Made by a program: the position numbers and the translations under genes. A stretch of DNA of 64,000 bases from Dimorphilus gyrociliatus. Its lineage: Eukaryota > Animalia > Annelida. Numbering within the stretch: position 1 is the stretch's first letter; the number at the start of each line of letters is the position of its first letter. Positions 1 through 12,296 of this stretch are shown here, in pieces. Below the pieces are notes generated by a model, which was not told the origin of the DNA, made no database searches, and saw only the letters and a list, made by a program, of their open reading frames with translations. The stretch lies in NCBI GenBank assembly GCA_904063045.1, contig CAJFCJ010000075.1:17611-81610 (forward strand), in the 5' to 3' direction.

Positions 1-665
1 ACGATGAACACAAATTTCCTAATTCGTCATTCAGTGCTCACGGTACTTACTCTTCACACAAGCCTGAATATGCAAGAATTGAGGAAACAACTGGAATAAA
101 TTGGCACACTTTGGATTATACTAATGGTTGGGTTATGGTTAATTTAGGTCGTAATTACCAGAAATATCCATGGAATAACGAAATAAGATTAAATACATTT
201 CTTTAACTAGGTCAGCGCTATGATATTTATGGACTAGACTTATTAGGAGGCTATCATATAGCAGATAAGTATATCTCTCTCTATTTTACATCGACGTTTA
301 CTATATCGTACGGAATGGAAAAGAATTCCCTAACGTCACTCAGAACCAATAGCTCGACACACGTAAAAAAATATACCAGTTTTTATATACATTTTTCTCA
401 CAATTTTCATAATTATTAAAGGTATTTGACGGGCTTTTGGACTCAGAGTATAATACTACTAAAAGAATATATTTTCCTAGTAAAATTACAACTCAATTCT
501 TCAAATTCCATCCAAAAGGTGGATTTTATGGAGCTGTTAATATTGAACTTTATGGATGTAGTAAGTTACTTTATCTAATTAATTTAATTCATTGATCATT
601 ACTTTTTTCATTCCAATTTATAACAATTTCAAGATTTTACAGTCACATCAATCCTAATACAATAG
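1..665 (+). CDS. 3' end of a multi-exon F5/8 type C (discoidin) domain protein; gene starts before the window
   Basis: Manual splicing with GT-AG introns 148-210, 363-421 and about 560-633 gives ...HKFPNSSFSAHGTYSSHKPEYARI...NGWVMVNLG|QRYDIYGLDLLGG...FTISYG...STH|VFDGLLDS...KITTQFFKFHPKGGFYGAVNIELYGC|NFTVTSILIQ*. This has the F5/8 hallmarks (W-x-x-V-x-L-G, IELYGC). Confidence 0.75.
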
Positions 666-688
666 TAGAAATTTTAGAACACAGTTGA

Positions 689-2868
689 CTAATCATCGTA
701 AAATAACTCGCAAAAGTACAATTTACTCATATCAATAGATTTTTCAACAAATATATGAATGTCAAGGACATCCGTTATACTTGTATCGAGATCTTTGCAG
801 TGGAAATAATACAACAGAAATGAAGTCTTATCAATAAATTTTTCCAGTAGGCATTCTTTCATTTTCTCATTACCAGTTTTCTCCATCAAATAAGTTGTGT
901 ATACATCGAAATTGGCAGTCAATTGATGGGTTTTCTTGAAAGCTAGTACAAGATTGGATGTATTTAGCAATGCTTGTTTTCGATTCATCAATTTATAGTT
1001 AAATGTTGTTCTCTGAGATTTGATGGCGATACACGTGTTCAACAATCCATCGGAAATATCATAATCTTTTTCAATGGCGCAATTTTTCGAATGTAGATTT
1101 CTTCCCTCTGCAAAACGTTTCTCAGTTTGCAAATTTTTCGCCATTTTTAAATATAATGTATACAAACCTTTATCTGATATTTGAACCAGATTTGAGATAT
1201 CCTCCATGGAGTTTTTTAACAGAATCTGCCTTATGTCTAAGGGTGTTGATGATGGTATTCTTATCAGAATGTTCTGACCATAGGCTCTACCTGAACCAAA
1301 TTGTATCTCATTATTGGACCATGAAAGCCAAAAATGGTTCCATTTATTACAGTTGACTAGGGATGAATATGACCCAAATTCGAACATTTCTCCAGCAACA
1401 TGTACAGAGGAGCTTTCTATATTATTCAAAACAGTGTCAAGTCTTAATTCAACTTGCTTTGTTGTTTCATTCTTAAAGCTGATAACTAGAGATGAGCAAT
1501 CCTTCGAATTTCCCATACTATTACCTTTGACCTTGAACTTAACAGACTTGGCATAACTGTGAAGATGAGGAGGTAGTTGATAGACAACATCATTGATAAA
1601 TTGTATATTATAAATATTCCCATCCATCTCTAAAAATGAAAACTGGTAGAAATAGATAAAAAACAGAATTGAAATCAAACTTTTAGCAAAAACTTTAAAA
1701 AATTTAAATCCAATGTCAATAGTTGTATACATTTCTTTAATAATAGCTTTAACTGAATATTCAATAGTTGGTCTATGAGTATAGTTGAAGCAATGATAAT
1801 AGTTATCTTCCGGAAGATTGTCCAACGTGTCGATAAAACCTGAACTCCATTCAATTTCCATCTTCTTGACAAAATGAGGATAATTAAACCTAAAATTGGC
1901 ACATTGCCAAAGCTTAAATTAATAACATTATATTTGATTTATGTCTTGAGGTAAGACAATAACATAGAATTTATATACTGTATATATTACCTGTTGCTAT
2001 AACAATACTGGACTGGTTGAACAGGAAACGCAAATGTAATCATAATATATTGATTAAGACAATCCTGCGTACCAACACGATTATTTGGTCCACAATTTGA
2101 TGCCCAATCATGACTAAAAACTCTATCAATTGCTCTGGTACATTCATAGTTAATATGAGTATTAGACTGTTCACATGTGGCTCCTAGTTCAAGACCAGCT
2201 ATATTGATTAGATGATCTTCAACAGTATTTGTTATATCTGAATATGAATATGTATTGTCAATAAAATTTAAAAATTGATAAGTACTCAACCTTCATCATA
2301 ACTGTATGCAAAAATTGTATTATAACCAATATTAATGGCTGCTGGATTCCAACTTTTAGCTTTAAATTTGATGATGTTAATATTGAGACCGACTCCCTCC
2401 TCTAATAGGATACAATCTGTATCAATATTTATATGATAGGTCTTTGAATAAGAATCGATATTAATTTCGATTGCTGTCAGCTGGAATTCTTCTGAAACAA
2501 TTCGTTGAATAAAGCAAATTTCAGCAATATTGTATTGTTTTTTAAATGTTATATCAATCCATTTCTGTTGGCAAGCATTAATGGGACAACTTGGGGCCCA
2601 GTCATCAATGTTCACCCATTCCGGTTCTAAAACATTTTCGCATCTATAATTAAATGATGCTAATGGTGTATGTTCATCAGAAGCCTGACACGTTGCGCCA
2701 TTCACCTTCGAAGCAACATTTATAAGCTTCCGGTCTTGAATAAAAAGATAAAGAATAAAATCCCATTTGTAAGAAGTATCTGCAATACCTACCTTGTTTT
2801 AAGCCTACAATCAACCTGCAAAATATTATATATACATATGCTTTTATACTGATGGAACTCAATTTCAT
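689..2868 (-). CDS. Secreted multidomain protein: signal peptide, two discoidin/galactose-binding-like domains, a farnesoic acid O-methyltransferase (FAMeT)-like domain and an unassigned C-terminal region
   Basis: Exon 2793-2868 is MKLSSISIKAYVYIIFCRLIVGLKQ with a GT donor. ORFs 2286-2705 and 1987-2289 look discoidin-like (KWIDITFKKQYNI; CTRAIDRVFSHDWAS...QYIMITF). ORF 689-1861 has NCNKWNHFWLSWSNNEIQFGSG, typical of FAMeT. One junction near 1900-1990 could not be put in frame. Confidence 0.62.
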
Positions 2869-4266
2869 GTTGAAAGTCGAAATACAGTTTTGTCTGACAA
2901 AGGACTCCACATTAAATTACACGTATATATATATATATATATACAGTATATCATTGCCGCCGGTTTATGAACAAATGTTCATTTTAATAACAATACATCA
3001 AAATAGTTAATTATTTAATGTCACGTGATATAAATGTAAAATTGAAACTATGACTTATGTGGTGAGTCAAACTTTGAATTTTTTAATTGAATACCATTTG
3101 TTGAAGCCTATGAATAATAAAAGAGAACCTTTTTACTGCATATGCTTTAAATTTTTCATTACGTAATATTAAACTTTGCAAAAATTTAACAATTAATAAA
3201 TTTAATCAAAAATTATCAATTATTATTAAATTAGTAGGCTTATTTGGTGGTTTGGTGTACAGCTAGGAATCTTATCGCGGAAGGCTTATCGTCTCATGTA
3301 TGAAAGTTAAATACGAAGGATGACGCTGTTTCGATTTTGAATATTCAATTAATTTTTTAAAAATCGATATTGTAATGAATCTCTTATAAACAATCTAATA
3401 AATTAACTTTTGAACATTTGTTAACAGTTCTAGTACTTGAATTGGAGAAGATTAGAAGATTAAAGATGAAAAGCATGCTCTTCTCTATCATTTTACTAGT
3501 TTATTGATTGATAACATGTACTGTTTATATTCGATTACGTCACGCTTTCTCCCTCTGAGAACCTTGATATTCAATTTCCGTTAGCGACAGTCAAGCTAGT
3601 TTGTGTAACTAGTAGAGTAATCTTTAACCTTCACTTTAACCTTGAAAATTTAAACACAACAAAAAGGTAACTTGCAATTTATTTAAATTACTCAGCCATA
3701 GTGTTTGTTTTAAAGCATTTAATGATTAGGAGATTAATAGAATATTTCTTGTTTTAGCTATAGTATTTTAGCAGAGATGAGTTGCAGAACAGCCGAAATT
3801 TATCTTTGATCTTTTCTTCCATCAAAACAGACTTAAAATCTCAGTAACATGATCTCCGTACTTCCATAGTACATCTCTCAAGCTATTTATTTTAAGAGGC
3901 GTAGATTATCCCCAACTGTTGCTATCAACATTGAACAATGGAATTAATGACTAATTAAAAGATAAAAGAAAGCAAATGTTGATTATGGAAATATTAATAA
4001 TAATAATAATAAGTTTCTAAAGCACTTATTGACTAATTAATTATTCAAGGTGAGCTCTATATAAGAGAGAGATATTAGTTCCAGTTGTAGAATCTGTTAA
4101 TCATGTTAAAAGTACTCCTACTGCTGATCGAAGTTATATATTCCACTGAAATTACTACACTAACAACCACAAAAGGCTATATTGAAAAGTCGTGTTAGCA
4201 TCATTTTTTGTCGTTGAACAATTCCAGGCGTCTCTTTTTGATTTAATGCTAAAAGTTTTTTTACAG

Positions 4267-5291
4267 TATGTTCCACCTACACCAAACACTTTAACCAGAG
4301 TTATTCTTATAAGAAAGTCAATTTAGTACTCGACACAGAAGACTTTGATGAATGCCTTCATAGTTGTAACTCTCAAAGTATTTGCACAAGCTTTGAATTC
4401 AACAAACTGACTGGAAAATGCGTTAAAAATGTATTTGGATCCCAAGGAAAGAGTCTGCAAAAAGCTGAAGGTTTTACCTATTATTCAAAAATAATTAATG
4501 CAGGTAACATCTTCACAAACGTAACACCAAAAGAATGGTGGATTTCAATTTTTCAATTATCTCCTTTAGATTGTGATAACTGGTTGAAAAGTGACGGTAA
4601 AATAATTGACACTTGTGGATGTGGAATAGAATCTGTGAGTGCTGCTGATGAGGAAAGGTGTAAACAACTTTGTGAACAGAATAGCCAATGCACAGCTGTA
4701 AATTATTTCTCTAGTCAATCAATAAACTGTCATCTTCGGAGGAGTGTCTGTCGATGCATCTTTGTCAGTCTATAGTCAAGGACATATAATACATAGACCG
4801 CTTTGTCTGAGTAAGTTCAAATTGATTGTCTATCCTTTTAGACTAAAATTACAAATTGAATTTCCTTTATTTTTTACAGCCATGTTTTACTTGTCCATAA
4901 GTAATATTTGCCACTCTAACACATCCTCAATTAACCATTATGCCACATCTCTTGGTGATACGAACACTCAATGTGCGGACAACGCTAAAAGTGTTCCATT
5001 ATTTTCAAAGATAATATTAACAGCCTCTGACAAGTTTATTAAAAAAACCGAAATTGAAATCGCCATTTTTACGAAGGGAAATAATGAAGATTGTGAGAAT
5101 ACCATTGTTTCTCTTAAACAGAAACCACACGAGAAGCTATGCTCGATTACTGAAGTTTTGAGTAATTTGTGTAAATTCTTGTGTTCTGGTAGCAATTTTG
5201 AAACAATTATTATTACTAACTTGACACCAAATATAAAATATTGTGAAATTGAAGTGTCATCTGAAGGTAAACTGGTAAATGTCTGTATTTA

Positions 5292-5292
<1 letters not shown>
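4267..5292 (+). CDS. Two PAN/apple domains plus a Cys-rich C-terminal domain; 5' exon unresolved; one frameshift near 4744
   Basis: Exon 4267-4503: DECLHSCNSQSICTSFEFNKLTGKC...FTYYSK. Exon 4570-4810: EERCKQLCEQNSQCTAVNYFSSQSINCHL, then a frame change to SVDASL...HRPLCL. Exon 4880-5292 follows. The splice sites I assigned are canonical GT/AG. Confidence 0.6.
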
Positions 5293-5323
<31 letters not shown>

Positions 5324-5330
5324 AAGAGAG
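5293..5330. repeat. (GATA)n/(GA)n compound microsatellite
   Basis: gatagatagatagatagagagagagagagagaagagag read directly. Confidence 0.9.
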
Positions 5331-5691
5331 AGGATGGCTATCTCTGTTATTATGGTAATATGAATTCAGCATTGAAATAGAAATAAAAATTAAAAGCTTG
5401 CAAAAGAAGTACATTGCAGTTTTTGTCTTTTCAGCATTTAATTTATCCTTCGTCGTATCATTCAATTCCCTCGCGTTCACCATTTTTTAGAATCCTTTCC
5501 CTTAGATGATCATTTTCAAATCCAATTATGGACGCGGTCTATTTAGCAATTTGTTACATTCATTTATAATCGATTAATGATATTTAGTTATGTAAAGTTT
5601 TCAAAATGGCGTCTATCACCACCAGTGACGACATTACTATTCTCTTGATAAGGAATTAAGAGAGAAGAAGGGATAAATGTCGGGTAAGAAC

Positions 5692-5699
5692 AAAAAAAA
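5692..5699 (-). terminator. RNA polymerase III terminator (T8) of the tRNA gene
   Basis: A8 on the plus strand (T8 on minus), 4 nt downstream of the tRNA 3' end. Confidence 0.7.
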
Positions 5700-5703
5700 G
5701 TAT

Positions 5704-5777
5704 TGCTCCCACTGGGGGTCGAACCCAGGACATTCGCGTTATTAGCACGACGCTCTAACCAACTGAGCTATGGAAGC
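5704..5777 (-). tRNA. trnI-AAT: tRNA-Ile, anticodon AAT (IAU after editing)
   Basis: Reverse complement GCTTCCATAGCTCAGTTGGTTAGAGCGTCGTGCTAATAACGCGAATGTCCTGGGTTCGACCCCCAGTGGGAGCA folds as a cloverleaf. It has a 7-bp acceptor stem, a D-arm A box, anticodon loop CT-AAT-AA, T-loop GGTTCGA, and no encoded CCA. Confidence 0.97.
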
Positions 5778-6086
5778 TTCTATAAAATAATATCAATTTA
5801 ACTAGCAATTCAAAGCAAATCATCAAATATTTTATTATTTTGATAATTAGATAAATTCTCTTGAAATTTTATTCAATGTTAGATCTTGATGAACTGAACC
5901 ACTGTACAAAAATTGAGCCAATCGGCCAAGCAATTCAGGAGCTATGAAGGTTTGAAGTTGACGGTGGTTTGTGTCAAGCTGCCTCTCACTAACATTCTAA
6001 AACCTACATTCTACGTTAATTAGAGGGCAACCTATTCAAGTAACTGGAGGTATAGCAATTAATTAATAACTATGCATAAACAGGTA

Positions 6087-6600
6087 TCACAGGAAGAGCT
6101 AGATTGGATTCTTTGTTCCTTCCTATGTACAAACCCTGGGATATCTGTACACTTCAAAGTAGTGGCGCTTCTCCAACTGCAAAGTGGAGATTGATGATGA
6201 TTTTGATGATCTGAAAAGTACAAACAACATTAAATTAAGGAATATAACTGACGAGGAAAGAAGTCAAACTTGTATTGATATCAGTAGCAATTTTGATTTT
6301 AGTCTCAGAATTTCTTCGCCTTCTGTCGATTCCAATTTCAAAAATGTTAGAATATTAATAAAAGGTAAAAATCTGCTGTTATATTGATGTTAGAGGTGAA
6401 ATACCAAAATTGTGGTGTTACTGCCTATATTCAAATTGATTTACAAATTGAACCAGTTTTTAATGATCGTCATTACAGCTGCTTGCTGATTGGTGGGGTT
6501 AATAGTCAGATGTGCCAGTATTCGTGAAATGGCGGAGAAGGCTACTGCCGAGCTGTCTATATTAAAGGTTATGGATCAGATGAAGACAATATATCTTCAT
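6087..6600 (+). pseudogene. Degenerate Cys-rich exon(s), possibly related to the C-terminal domain of the 4267-5292 gene
   Basis: Fragments in shifting frames: ...KPWDICTLQSSG..., ORF 6184-6387, and NCGVTAYIQI...CLLIGGVNSQMCQYS*NGGEGYCRAVYIKG. The last resembles CSITEVLSNLCKFLCSGS...TIIIT. Contains stops and frameshifts. Confidence 0.3.
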
Positions 6601-6984
6601 AGTTTGTACATTAATAGTTTACAAATTAGCATTAATTTTCATCTTTCTTTTTCCTTTTGTCATGCATTCTTTACATATTACATTATCAGCAATCAATTGA
6701 CAATAATCTTTAGATATGTCGATCAGTTTATCAGTTGATCCCGAGTTCGGTGACACCACGTAGTTTCCTTGTATCAGTTTTCCTTTTTGAGATTATTTTA
6801 GGCCTGGAATATGTGTTTGTAGAATTGTAGAGTTATTGACATCCAATAAAAATTGATTAACTATCACTGCCATATTCATTTTTTTTTTACATTCATGACT
6901 GAATTATTCGTTCAATTGAACAATGACAACTAAATTTTTCATTGCTAACAAGCTAAAAGAGAGAAAGAGAGAGAATGTTAAAAA

Positions 6985-7473
6985 ATTGAAAAGTTTTTCT
7001 AAGCAGCAATTGAACCATACATTCCAGATAGGATGCAAAGTTCTATTTTTCTATGAATCCTCAATTTTATAGTTACTGATGCAACTGTAAAAATGAGATC
7101 ATTCCTCATCTGATAGCAGAAATCTACTGACTGATAGGAAAAGTTCTGACATCTTTACCAATTATCTCCATTTTCTCTTCAGCATAAGAAAGAGTAGCGT
7201 GAAATAGAAATTGAGCATTTTCGCATATTTCCGCTGATAAGATAAGTTATTGAAGCAGTATTTTCCAACTTGGTTTTATTGCTTTAAAAGAGAAAACAAT
7301 GATGATGACTTTAGTACAAATCTATAAAAAAGACCATCAAGTTACAATTCACAGCAATTTTTAAGTTTATTTACTTTTGCATAACAAATGTCGTGTTCTA
7401 TGGGAAAACTTTCATTATGTTCTTCTATAAAAGTCTTTAGCATTCCAATAACAGTTGTATTATGATTGAAAAC
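6985..7473 (-). pseudogene. Putative small frameshifted multi-exon gene of unknown function
   Basis: ATG at about 7470 needs a 1-nt shift in a T4 run to give MSRFNHNTTVIGMLKTFIEEHNESFPIEHDICYAK, followed by a GTAAAT donor. Further exon-like blocks: AEICENAQFLFHATLSYAEEK and IASVTIKLRIHRKNRTLHPIWNVWFNCC. Confidence 0.28.
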
Positions 7474-8341
7474 GGCTCATTTTTTGGTATTTTATCCTAA
7501 CCTAATCTCCCAATCCCTGTCAAAACTAGCATGCTAGAAAACTCTTGAAAATCACAATTACAAAGGCACCTAAGGATTAATTATGTTAATAGTAAAACAA
7601 CGTTTTCTCTATATTCCTTTGCTGCTTATTTCTCTTTCTATCTTTTACAGACCATTGTTGGTTTCCAACTTGTCAGACTCTATTTACAGCTTCTCTACTT
7701 TCAGTTTATGTATCGCAGACCATAGCTATTTTAACACTATACCAGTCTAAGACGTATAAAAGCAACTGAAGAGCTACAAGTGCTCTGAATATTTGTGCAT
7801 TTTTGCTGTCATTCTCTTCCTTGATGGTTTATTTTCATTTGTTTGTTTTATCTACAAACTCGTATTATTGTTTCACTGATCATTTATCTCTTTTGCGGGT
7901 GAGTTTTGTCCAAGGTTTGTATTTTCTTGTAGGAATTCAGTAAAATATATCACAGACGTAGAATCTATAGGAAGAAACCTAATTTAAATGATAAAATACT
8001 TGTAAATGTTTTGTGTCGAGGATAGATGCTATTGATTCTGATTCTGGATTAAAAGGAAGGATGCTTTTTAAGATTGAACAATATGAAAACTTGAGTATAT
8101 TTGGTGTGAATGAAAATTATATATACAAATTATATTATAAGAGCTAAACTGTGAGCTGTAAGATTCATTTTGATTGGCTTTTCTTTGAAGGGTGAAGGGT
8201 TTGCAATTTTTCAATGGTTTTAAAGTAATTGGTGTAATTGATTAATCATTTTGAATTTTCAAATCGTAATTTGAAATCGGCAACTATATAACACAAGTTG
8301 ACAAAATGTTAATGAAATAAATGAGAAAATTGTTTGCTTGT

Positions 8342-8646
8342 TTAAATAAATCCGAAGAGACACTTACAGTATTTTTTATAAAAAATTTTTGTATCGTCAG
8401 CAATAAAGGCGGTAGGACTACCATCATTCATTTCGTATTTAAGTGAACACTTTGATTTGTTCTTGTAAAGTTCAAATCCTCTATAGACAAATATTGATAC
8501 AATGAAGAAGAGAGAGAGAAAAAACAAACAAGCGCGCAATTTGTGATTATATTACAAATATTCCTACAAATTTCAATATTGAAAGGATAATCGTCAATTG
8601 ATTTTAATTGTAAAATACTCATTAAAGTTGTTGTAAAATTATCCAT
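8342..8646 (-). CDS. Small single-TM protein first exon with a frameshift in a (CT)n tract
   Basis: ORFs 8428-8646 and 8342-8539 join across ttctctctctcttc to give MDNFTTTLMSILQ...ICRNICNIITNCALVCFFSLFFIVSIFVYRGFELYKNKSKC...KKY, ending at a GTAAGT donor. Confidence 0.4.
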
Positions 8647-8889
8647 TTGAAAATAAATATTATCTGTAAAATGTTTTCAAGTTTAAATTGAGTTCTATGT
8701 ATTTAGACATACCTTTATGCACTGAAAATACCTTCTAATGTTCTATTTCCAATTGCTATTTCCTTTTCAAAATAACTAACATTAGTGTTATTTATAAATG
8801 TTGACCCTTGGTCTTTTCTCTTGTTCTTTAAGTTGCATTTTCGATTAAGTATAAAATAATTAAATGACCTTGAAAAATAATAAATCCAA

Positions 8890-10130
8890 TATTTAAATAT
8901 GTATTACAGCTTTTCAAAAAATCTTACTTGCCTTCATTCGATATATCGCATGCCATCTTACATGCATCGACACCAAAATCATTGTAAATTACACTTAGAA
9001 TATTATGATTTTTCATCTTTACATTCTCCATTTTTAATATGAAAAAGCTTTAAAAGACATTTTTATACTAAATAAAGAAATATAACTGATAAAAACTCAC
9101 TATTATTTTCAGATAAACTTGTTTGTAATACAATGAGAATAATACCAAACAGCAGCATCTTTGCCAACATACCTGGAATTTTAAATTGCAAATGTACAAA
9201 TATTACAAAACAACTAACACACACTGTTTTACAACAACAAAAACCAGTGTTCCCTCAGAATTTGCTAGAGAACATGTCCTTCTACCATTTACAAATATAT
9301 GATTAAGGATAGATATAAAAGTGATTATTTAATGATTGAAAAATGCCAATTAAAATTAATTCAAGTTGTCTGCTAAAACCTTGTCTTTAGATGTATGTCT
9401 ATGAGAAAATTTGTAATGCATTAAAATCTTCATCAAATTATTTGGAATGCATTGAACTGAGATGTAATGTCTCACAAGAATGTGGTGGTATATAGCAATT
9501 ATAATGGATTCATAACTTGGAATTTAAACAAAGATTCTCTTCATCATAATAAATTGAAAGGAATTCGCAAAAGACAACAATTTATTCTCAATAAAACCTT
9601 TATCAATAAGCATTTCTGAATATGAATTTAATGATTTTGAAGAGTTTCTTTTATCTATTATACAAAGAATGGTTGTAAATTTCAAACAGCTGCTGCCAGG
9701 TCAATCAGAATGAAAATCAGCAATGAGACTGAAGAACCAAAACTAGAAGTTGCAAGGCTTATCGAGTTACTACAATTAGGTATAGAAGATGATGTTGGCA
9801 AAAAACACCAACAGTTCCAACAAGTTCTTGACTACATAACAAGACACTTTAACAAGGCATAGCAAGCATATCAACTTGGCTAATGAATTAGGAATTGACT
9901 CAAGTATGTCAACACATCAACATTTATTTTCATCATGGCTAAAAACTCCAACCAAAATGCTGATTAACATTGCATTTCCAACAATAATTATTATTTGAAC
10001 TTCATTCATATTATGGCTCGCATATAAAAGAAAATGCAGCAAACTTACTAGGAAAAGACTTTGGAAATACTTAGAAAGAAAGCCCAACCAACAGCTCCAG
10101 GTATACAACAAGAGGAATTACAGATCCCAA
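8890..10130 (+). pseudogene. Highly degenerate intronless Cys-rich type I membrane glycoprotein-like remnant (env-like?)
   Basis: Interrupted frames give Cys-rich blocks (CNTMRII...ILNCKCTNIT; KICNALKSSSNYLECIELRCNVSQECGG), a helical block (VARLIELLQLGIEDD...QVLDYITRHF), and a TM plus basic tail (SWLKTPTKMLINIAFPTIIII*TSFILWLAYKRKCSK). Confidence 0.3.
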
Positions 10131-10689
10131 CATTTTATACTATTTTATAGGAATTATAATGGTGCAACTTTAGAAAGACTTTTATTTCGTAGAGTTAACT
10201 TTAAAAGGAAATGTGTCAAAGTTGTTTTTCTTAACTATTAAAGACTACATAAAGAATTGCGAAATTTTGTAAGCAATTAAGAGCACCAAGCGATAAATAT
10301 TTGTTGTCAAAACACCTCACCCTACCCTACCAATACAAAGAATTGCTATGGAATGAATGTATATATTATATACATATTTATCTGAATACAATAAAGTCTG
10401 TTATTATGGTGTTACAGTAATTATTTACTTATTAAATGAAACTGATGTTGACAAGGTTAAAATAGAAAACTAACAAACAAACAGAGGATTCAGAAATCAG
10501 ACATAAAAAAAAATCATTTTTTGTATGTTTTGCTATCCAACATTTCATTAGTTAAACAAGAAATATTTTGGAGTTTTAATTCAACCAATATAACTTTTAG
10601 CTGTTCAAGATCTTTGGAAATATCCGACGAAAAGATAAACTCTTCCAAACGATCTATTCTATTATTTAGCTCTAAAAATTTATAGTTAA

Positions 10690-12296
10690 TTAGGATGATT
10701 GATTGATTGATTGCCTTTTATAAAACAAACCTGTAAATTTATTAACATGTTCACTCTTGAGATTTTCTTTAGCGCCAATATCCTTAGAGAACATTTTGCA
10801 GATAGATTTCGTGATGTATTCGAACACTTTGTGATCTTCTGCCAACATTGTTGGATCAAGCTTTACAATAGCTAAAAATTCATTTAAAGTAGTAATAAAG
10901 ATATTCAATACAAGATAAATCATGATAGATGCGTATGATATAATGTATATTTTGGCGGTAAAACCACCATTTTCAGACAGTATTTCAAAGTCTAAATGAC
11001 CAAAAATTGTTATCAACAGTGAATAGCACGTGTATTTAAAACTTTTATAGCTTTCTGTAAATTTTCCAAGGCTAATGTAGCCCCAACAAGCGTAGCCAAT
11101 CAGAACAATACAACAGCAAAATCCTAATGATATTAATTCACCACTTGCTTTCTTAATTGAACTTACAAGGACTGATATTGTTCTTGATATTTTCAATAAA
11201 CTTAACACATAGAGTTGGCCAAAAAATCCGCAAAATGCAATAAATATTATAAAGAATTCATTGACAGTAAAAAATAACGATAGGTCAATGTATTCGTGTC
11301 TGAAATTCATAACGTATTCTACAGCTTTCACTCCAATTATTGTCCTCCAGATGTATAATACAACTGCCCAAATGAAGCATACCAACGAAAGGATTAACAG
11401 TAAATTAGGCATCTTTGCGTACTTTTTATAATGATAAATGCTTTGAATGACTAAGGATAGCCATGTTAGAACTGACAAACCTTCAAACACAAGTCTAACT
11501 AGACCACCGGCTCCTGTATATCTATACAAGTTTAAAGAATCACTTCTAACTGTTGTTATTATGCCGCCAAAAGGTTTGAATTCAAATGACCAAACAGCCT
11601 GAGAAACTGTTTCCTGATTCAATATAGTTACTTCCAATTGAATGTGACGCGTTTGACGGTCTAGCCAACCGAAATTTTTCAATTCAAATATAATATTCAA
11701 AGCTTTGTCAGCCATTTGTCCTAATGAAATTAAATAGCCTCTCTCCTGTACTGAGTATAAGAAAGCGCTGTGCGTTGTATTTACATTGAAACGATCCCAA
11801 TTGACAGAAAAATTCCCAGTACTACTAGCAGAATTTGAATAGTATCCAAAACATTTGTAGCTTTTCAATAGTATTTTCATACTTGCAATAGTTTCGCATT
11901 GGTGTTTTTTAACTCTCTTCTGAAAGAGTCTGACTGATGAAAATCTCATATGATTCAATTCAGCCGTATACTTTAAATCGTACGTAGATAGATTCTTATT
12001 ATTATAATGGGTTTTTGGATAGAGTTGGGGAATTGCGTTCTTTTCCATCCAATTCCAAAATTGTTCATAGTTCTTTACCACATGGATTTTTGATATGACA
12101 TTCGCTATTGATCTATTCTGATAATAAATCATTGGATTACGATTGCTATAGCAGATAAACGTAATAAAGATTAAAAAGATTGCGTGGAGGAGAATATCTC
12201 TTATCATATTAAACATCTTCCCTTCCAATTGTCTCTCTTCCTTTGCCTTATCATATTTGTCTGCCGCCTTCTTTAAAAGTTCTTGAATATTCAATT
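10690..12296 (-). CDS. Last exon of the PKD1-like gene: TOP (polycystin) domain and 6-TM polycystin cation channel domain
   Basis: LLHAIFLIFITFICYSNRNP...FWNWMEKNAIPQLYP...VRLFQKRV...LKNFGWLDRQTRHIQLEVTI...SLNLYRY, plus six hydrophobic segments and a pore-like FKYTCYSLLITIFGHLDF. Confidence 0.92.

Noticed and set aside
3250-4200. Locally GC-richer intergenic patches as possible ncRNAs or exons
   Set aside because: No snoRNA/snRNA boxes, stable fold or open spliced frame that I could support.
5289-5483. Minus-strand ORF with one hydrophobic stretch (type II membrane protein start?)
   Set aside because: It runs into a microsatellite, and no downstream exon or homology could be supported.
5880-6030. 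Segment resembling common invertebrate interspersed repeats next to the tRNA (SINE?)
   Set aside because: Single copy in the window, with no A/B boxes or TSD that I could verify.
6520-6535. In-frame TGA at a Cys-like position (CQYS*NGG) as possible selenocysteine
   Set aside because: The surrounding region has other stops and frameshifts and no recognisable SECIS; a pseudogene mutation is simpler.
9917-10111. Minus-strand ORF resembling GPCR TM1 (IIIVGNAMLISIL)
   Set aside because: No convincing downstream 7TM motifs. The hydrophobicity is explained as the antisense of the decayed plus-strand ORF.
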